Origin: Bacillus phage Taffo16
Sequence record: MF765814.1
Strand: one strand, 5' to 3'
DNA: 24,000 bases
The notes below the pieces were generated by a model that had not been told where the DNA came from, searched no databases, and worked only from the letters and a program-made list of their open reading frames with translations. The translations under genes and the position numbers were made by a program. Below are positions 22,035 through 24,000 of this stretch, one piece after another; the stretch's first letter is position 1; the number at the start of each line of letters is the position of its first letter.

Positions 22035-22061
22035 GACTAGTAGCTCACTGGGTTACTAGTC
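22035..22061 (+). other. perfect 8-bp inverted repeat hairpin
   Basis: GACTAGTA-GCTCACTGGGT-TACTAGTC. Confidence 0.7.
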
Positions 22062-22102
22062 TGGGTGTCTCTCTTATCCACTTGACAAACAAACGCCTTA
22101 TA

Positions 22103-22642
22103 TATAATAGACTGACAATTTTGAAAACATGAAGGTATATCCTAATAGTAAGATGTGTAATTTGTCAGAATATTGTATACAACTTGCTAGACGTTCATTT
22201 GTCTGCTACCTACACTATACTATATGCAAGTGAATTGCAAGTGGTGACAAAAAGTAAAACTATTCCTAATATTCGCAATTATCAGATAACTTTATTATAT
22301 ATAATAAGAGAATGATTATAATGTGCAGAATAGTCTGACAATTAGGACAGTTCGTGCTGCTGCAATAGACAGAATAGTCAGATAATTATAATAAGTATAA
22401 TGTATATAATATTCTGATAATTCTGGATACTTTAGGATAGTTGTATTAATTATCAGATAATTCAGAATATATAATTAACTTGACAACTGGATATATTCAT
22501 GAAATTAAATAGACTGACAATTCTGAATACATAATTAACTTGACATATATAATAGAGTGTGGTATATATAGGGAGCTGTTTGAATAGTGTTAATATTCAT
22601 ATTGTTTAGAATATTCTGACAAATTATAAATCAGGTTAAAAT
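22103..22642 (+). repeat. dispersed TCTGACAATT / TCTGATAATT motifs in both orientations
   Basis: Repeated occurrences around 22110, 22163-22174 (minus), 22276 (minus), 22334, 22377, 22422, 22455 and 22513, plus 22612. Positions are hand-counted and approximate. Confidence 0.7.
22540..22568 (+). promoter_or_regulatory. candidate promoter TTGACA-17-TATATA followed by GGGAGCTG but no substantial ORF
   Basis: AACTTGACATATATAATAGAGTGTGGTATATATAGGGAGCTG. Confidence 0.6.
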
Positions 22643-22654
22643 CTAGTGAGCCGG

Positions 22655-22720
22655 GAAGCCTTGCTATTACTGGGTTTAAGGAGCTGATTTGCTTGTATGA
22701 GCTTCTAGCAGGGAAACCAA
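22655..22720 (+). ncRNA. candidate structured RNA with possible pseudoknot
   Basis: CCTTGCTA(22659-22666)/TAGCAGGG(22706-22713), GGAGCT(22680-22685)/AGCTTC(22700-22705), GGTTT(22673-22677)/AAACC(22714-22718). Confidence 0.35.
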
Positions 22721-22909
22721 TACACTTATGAGGGGTGGAGCTTAAAAACGCTGTATGGGGTTGTGAGAGGCTTTAAAATAAACTTGACAGATTTATAGAT
22801 ATGTGTTATATACATACGCGCTTGTACATGTGTTATATAGTAGTAATAGTTGTACGAATATTATGAAAATTTAGAATAGTTTTATTTTAATTAATTGGAA
22901 TAAAGGGCT

Positions 22910-22937
22910 TGTCAATTGCGTATAATAGTATTAAGAT
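22910..22937 (+). promoter_or_regulatory. candidate promoter upstream of P27
   Basis: TTGTCA-16-TAAGAT. Confidence 0.45.
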
Positions 22938-22978
22938 AAGGGTAGTTAAAGCGAACGACAACAACGTGAAAATAGTTG

Positions 22979-23009
22979 TTGACTTTTAGTAAAGTACATA
23001 ATACAATAA
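22979..23009 (+). promoter_or_regulatory. repeat-family promoter P27 (altered -35/-10 spacing)
   Basis: AATAGTTGTTGACTTTTAGTAAAGTACATACAATAAAAT. Confidence 0.75.
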
Positions 23010-23040
23010 AATTAACTTAAGAAAAGGGAGATGTTGAGAT

Positions 23041-23661
23041 ATGAAAAAAGTAAATGCACACGCTATGGAATTAGGTTTAGAGGTTATTGTAGAAACTAAA
23101 GGCGGTTTCACTATCGAAGGGAAAATCATTGATTACGCTATGAGTCGTCAATATATCTGGGTTGAAAATAACGTCGATATTTACCAAATTAATACAGAGG
23201 TTGACAATGTATTCGAAGCCTCTGCAATGCATGTACCTGCTGATGTGGTTGAGTCTTATCAGGCTGTACTAGATACGAATAGTGAAGAGTATATCCGAGC
23301 TAATAGCCATCTATTACCAGCTCAAGACGTTCTTACAATGGGAGAACTGAATAAGGCTATTGAGCAGGAGGCGAAGGGAGAGGGCTTTAATACTCGCTAT
23401 GACTTAGAGGGCGCGCGCATTATGATTTATAATAACGGTGAAGGTTATATCAGAGACAATAAAGGCGATTGGATTGATAATTTAGAGTGTTGGGACTGTG
23501 AGCTTGTCCTACTATTCGAAGATGATGAGCGCGTTTATAAAACGTTTGGTACATACTTCAACGAAAAGGACGCTCTAAAGTCTGCACGTACTATGCGTTC
23601 AAAATTAAAGGCTGGCAAGTATCCAGATATTGAAAAGGATATTGAGATATACACTTGCTAG
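23041..23661 (+). CDS. hypothetical protein (206 aa)
   Basis: MKKVNAHAMELGLEVIVETKGGFTIEGKIIDYAMSRQYIWVENN...; SD AGGGAGATG. Confidence 0.85.
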   Translation: MKKVNAHAMELGLEVIVETKGGFTIEGKIIDYAMSRQYIWVENNVDIYQINTEVDNVFEASAMHVPADVVESYQAVLDTNSEEYIRANSHLLPAQDVLTMGELNKAIEQEAKGEGFNTRYDLEGARIMIYNNGEGYIRDNKGDWIDNLECWDCELVLLFEDDERVYKTFGTYFNEKDALKSARTMRSKLKAGKYPDIEKDIEIYTC

Positions 23662-23707
23662 AATATTCTGACAATTTAAAACTATACTATATAAAGGGGC
23701 TGTTAAT

Positions 23708-23863
23708 ATGGGATTGATTATAAGGCTATATAAAAGGATTGTAGGTAGGAAGACTAATAGCATTGATAATAGACTATCACGCGTACAGGAGAGCGTGAGC
23801 GCTTATAATAGTACTATTGATATTGTCATTAGTCAGAATACTAAACTATTAGGCGGTGAATGA
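23708..23863 (+). CDS. hypothetical protein (51 aa), missed by ORF length cutoff
   Basis: MGLIIRLYKRIVGRKTNSIDNRLSRVQESVSAYNSTIDIVISQNTKLLGGE*; AAAGGGGCTG SD. Confidence 0.75.
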   Translation: MGLIIRLYKRIVGRKTNSIDNRLSRVQESVSAYNSTIDIVISQNTKLLGGE

Positions 23864-24000
23864 GTATTATAATTCATAAATATGCTAGATTGTCAAGTAT
23901 TATTTTGTCAACCCTTTTCTATATTCAATTTCATAGATATAACCCACCCCGTGCTTTATAGACCATATGTTCGGGGTACCCTCCTTCCTCCCCACTACCC

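Noticed and set aside
22651-22740. Known riboswitch, T-box or group I intron
   Set aside because: No recognisable conserved core (e.g. T-box GGGTGGNACCGCG or intron P/Q/R/S) seen by eye; left as an unassigned structured-RNA candidate

Overview
AT-rich, almost entirely plus-strand gene-dense window. It is most consistent with the accessory or terminal region of a large Bacillus-group (Firmicutes) bacteriophage; that assignment is inferred, since no structural genes are in view. Recognisable genes are a 5'-truncated FtsK/SpoIIIE-type DNA translocase (2-1138), an Rnl2-like RNA ligase (9206-10138), a lipoprotein (10321-10623), a Walker-A protein (11461-12117), a small XRE-like HTH protein (13130-13345) and several tiny Cys-rich or single-TM proteins. 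About 50 other small ORFs have no assignable function. The main non-coding signal is a family of 27 near-identical promoter/leader elements (AAAATAGTTGTTGACTTTTAGTAAA-N-TAAAATGAAANTTAACTTAA-AAAGGGAGCTG). There is one per operon from 1 to 10.3 kb, then about one per gene across 13.0-20.2 kb, and they often contain the upstream gene's stop codon. Other notable observations: an 11-bp tandem duplication at 4875-4896 that exactly accounts for the split between two adjacent ORFs; a GTAGTAGC...CTG repeat/hairpin cluster at 12.77-12.91 kb; a roughly 0.9-kb ORF-poor region (22.0-22.96 kb) with repeated TCTGACAATT-like motifs, promoter-like signals and a possible pseudoknotted RNA; and a Tyr-rich micro-ORF coupled to the RNA ligase.
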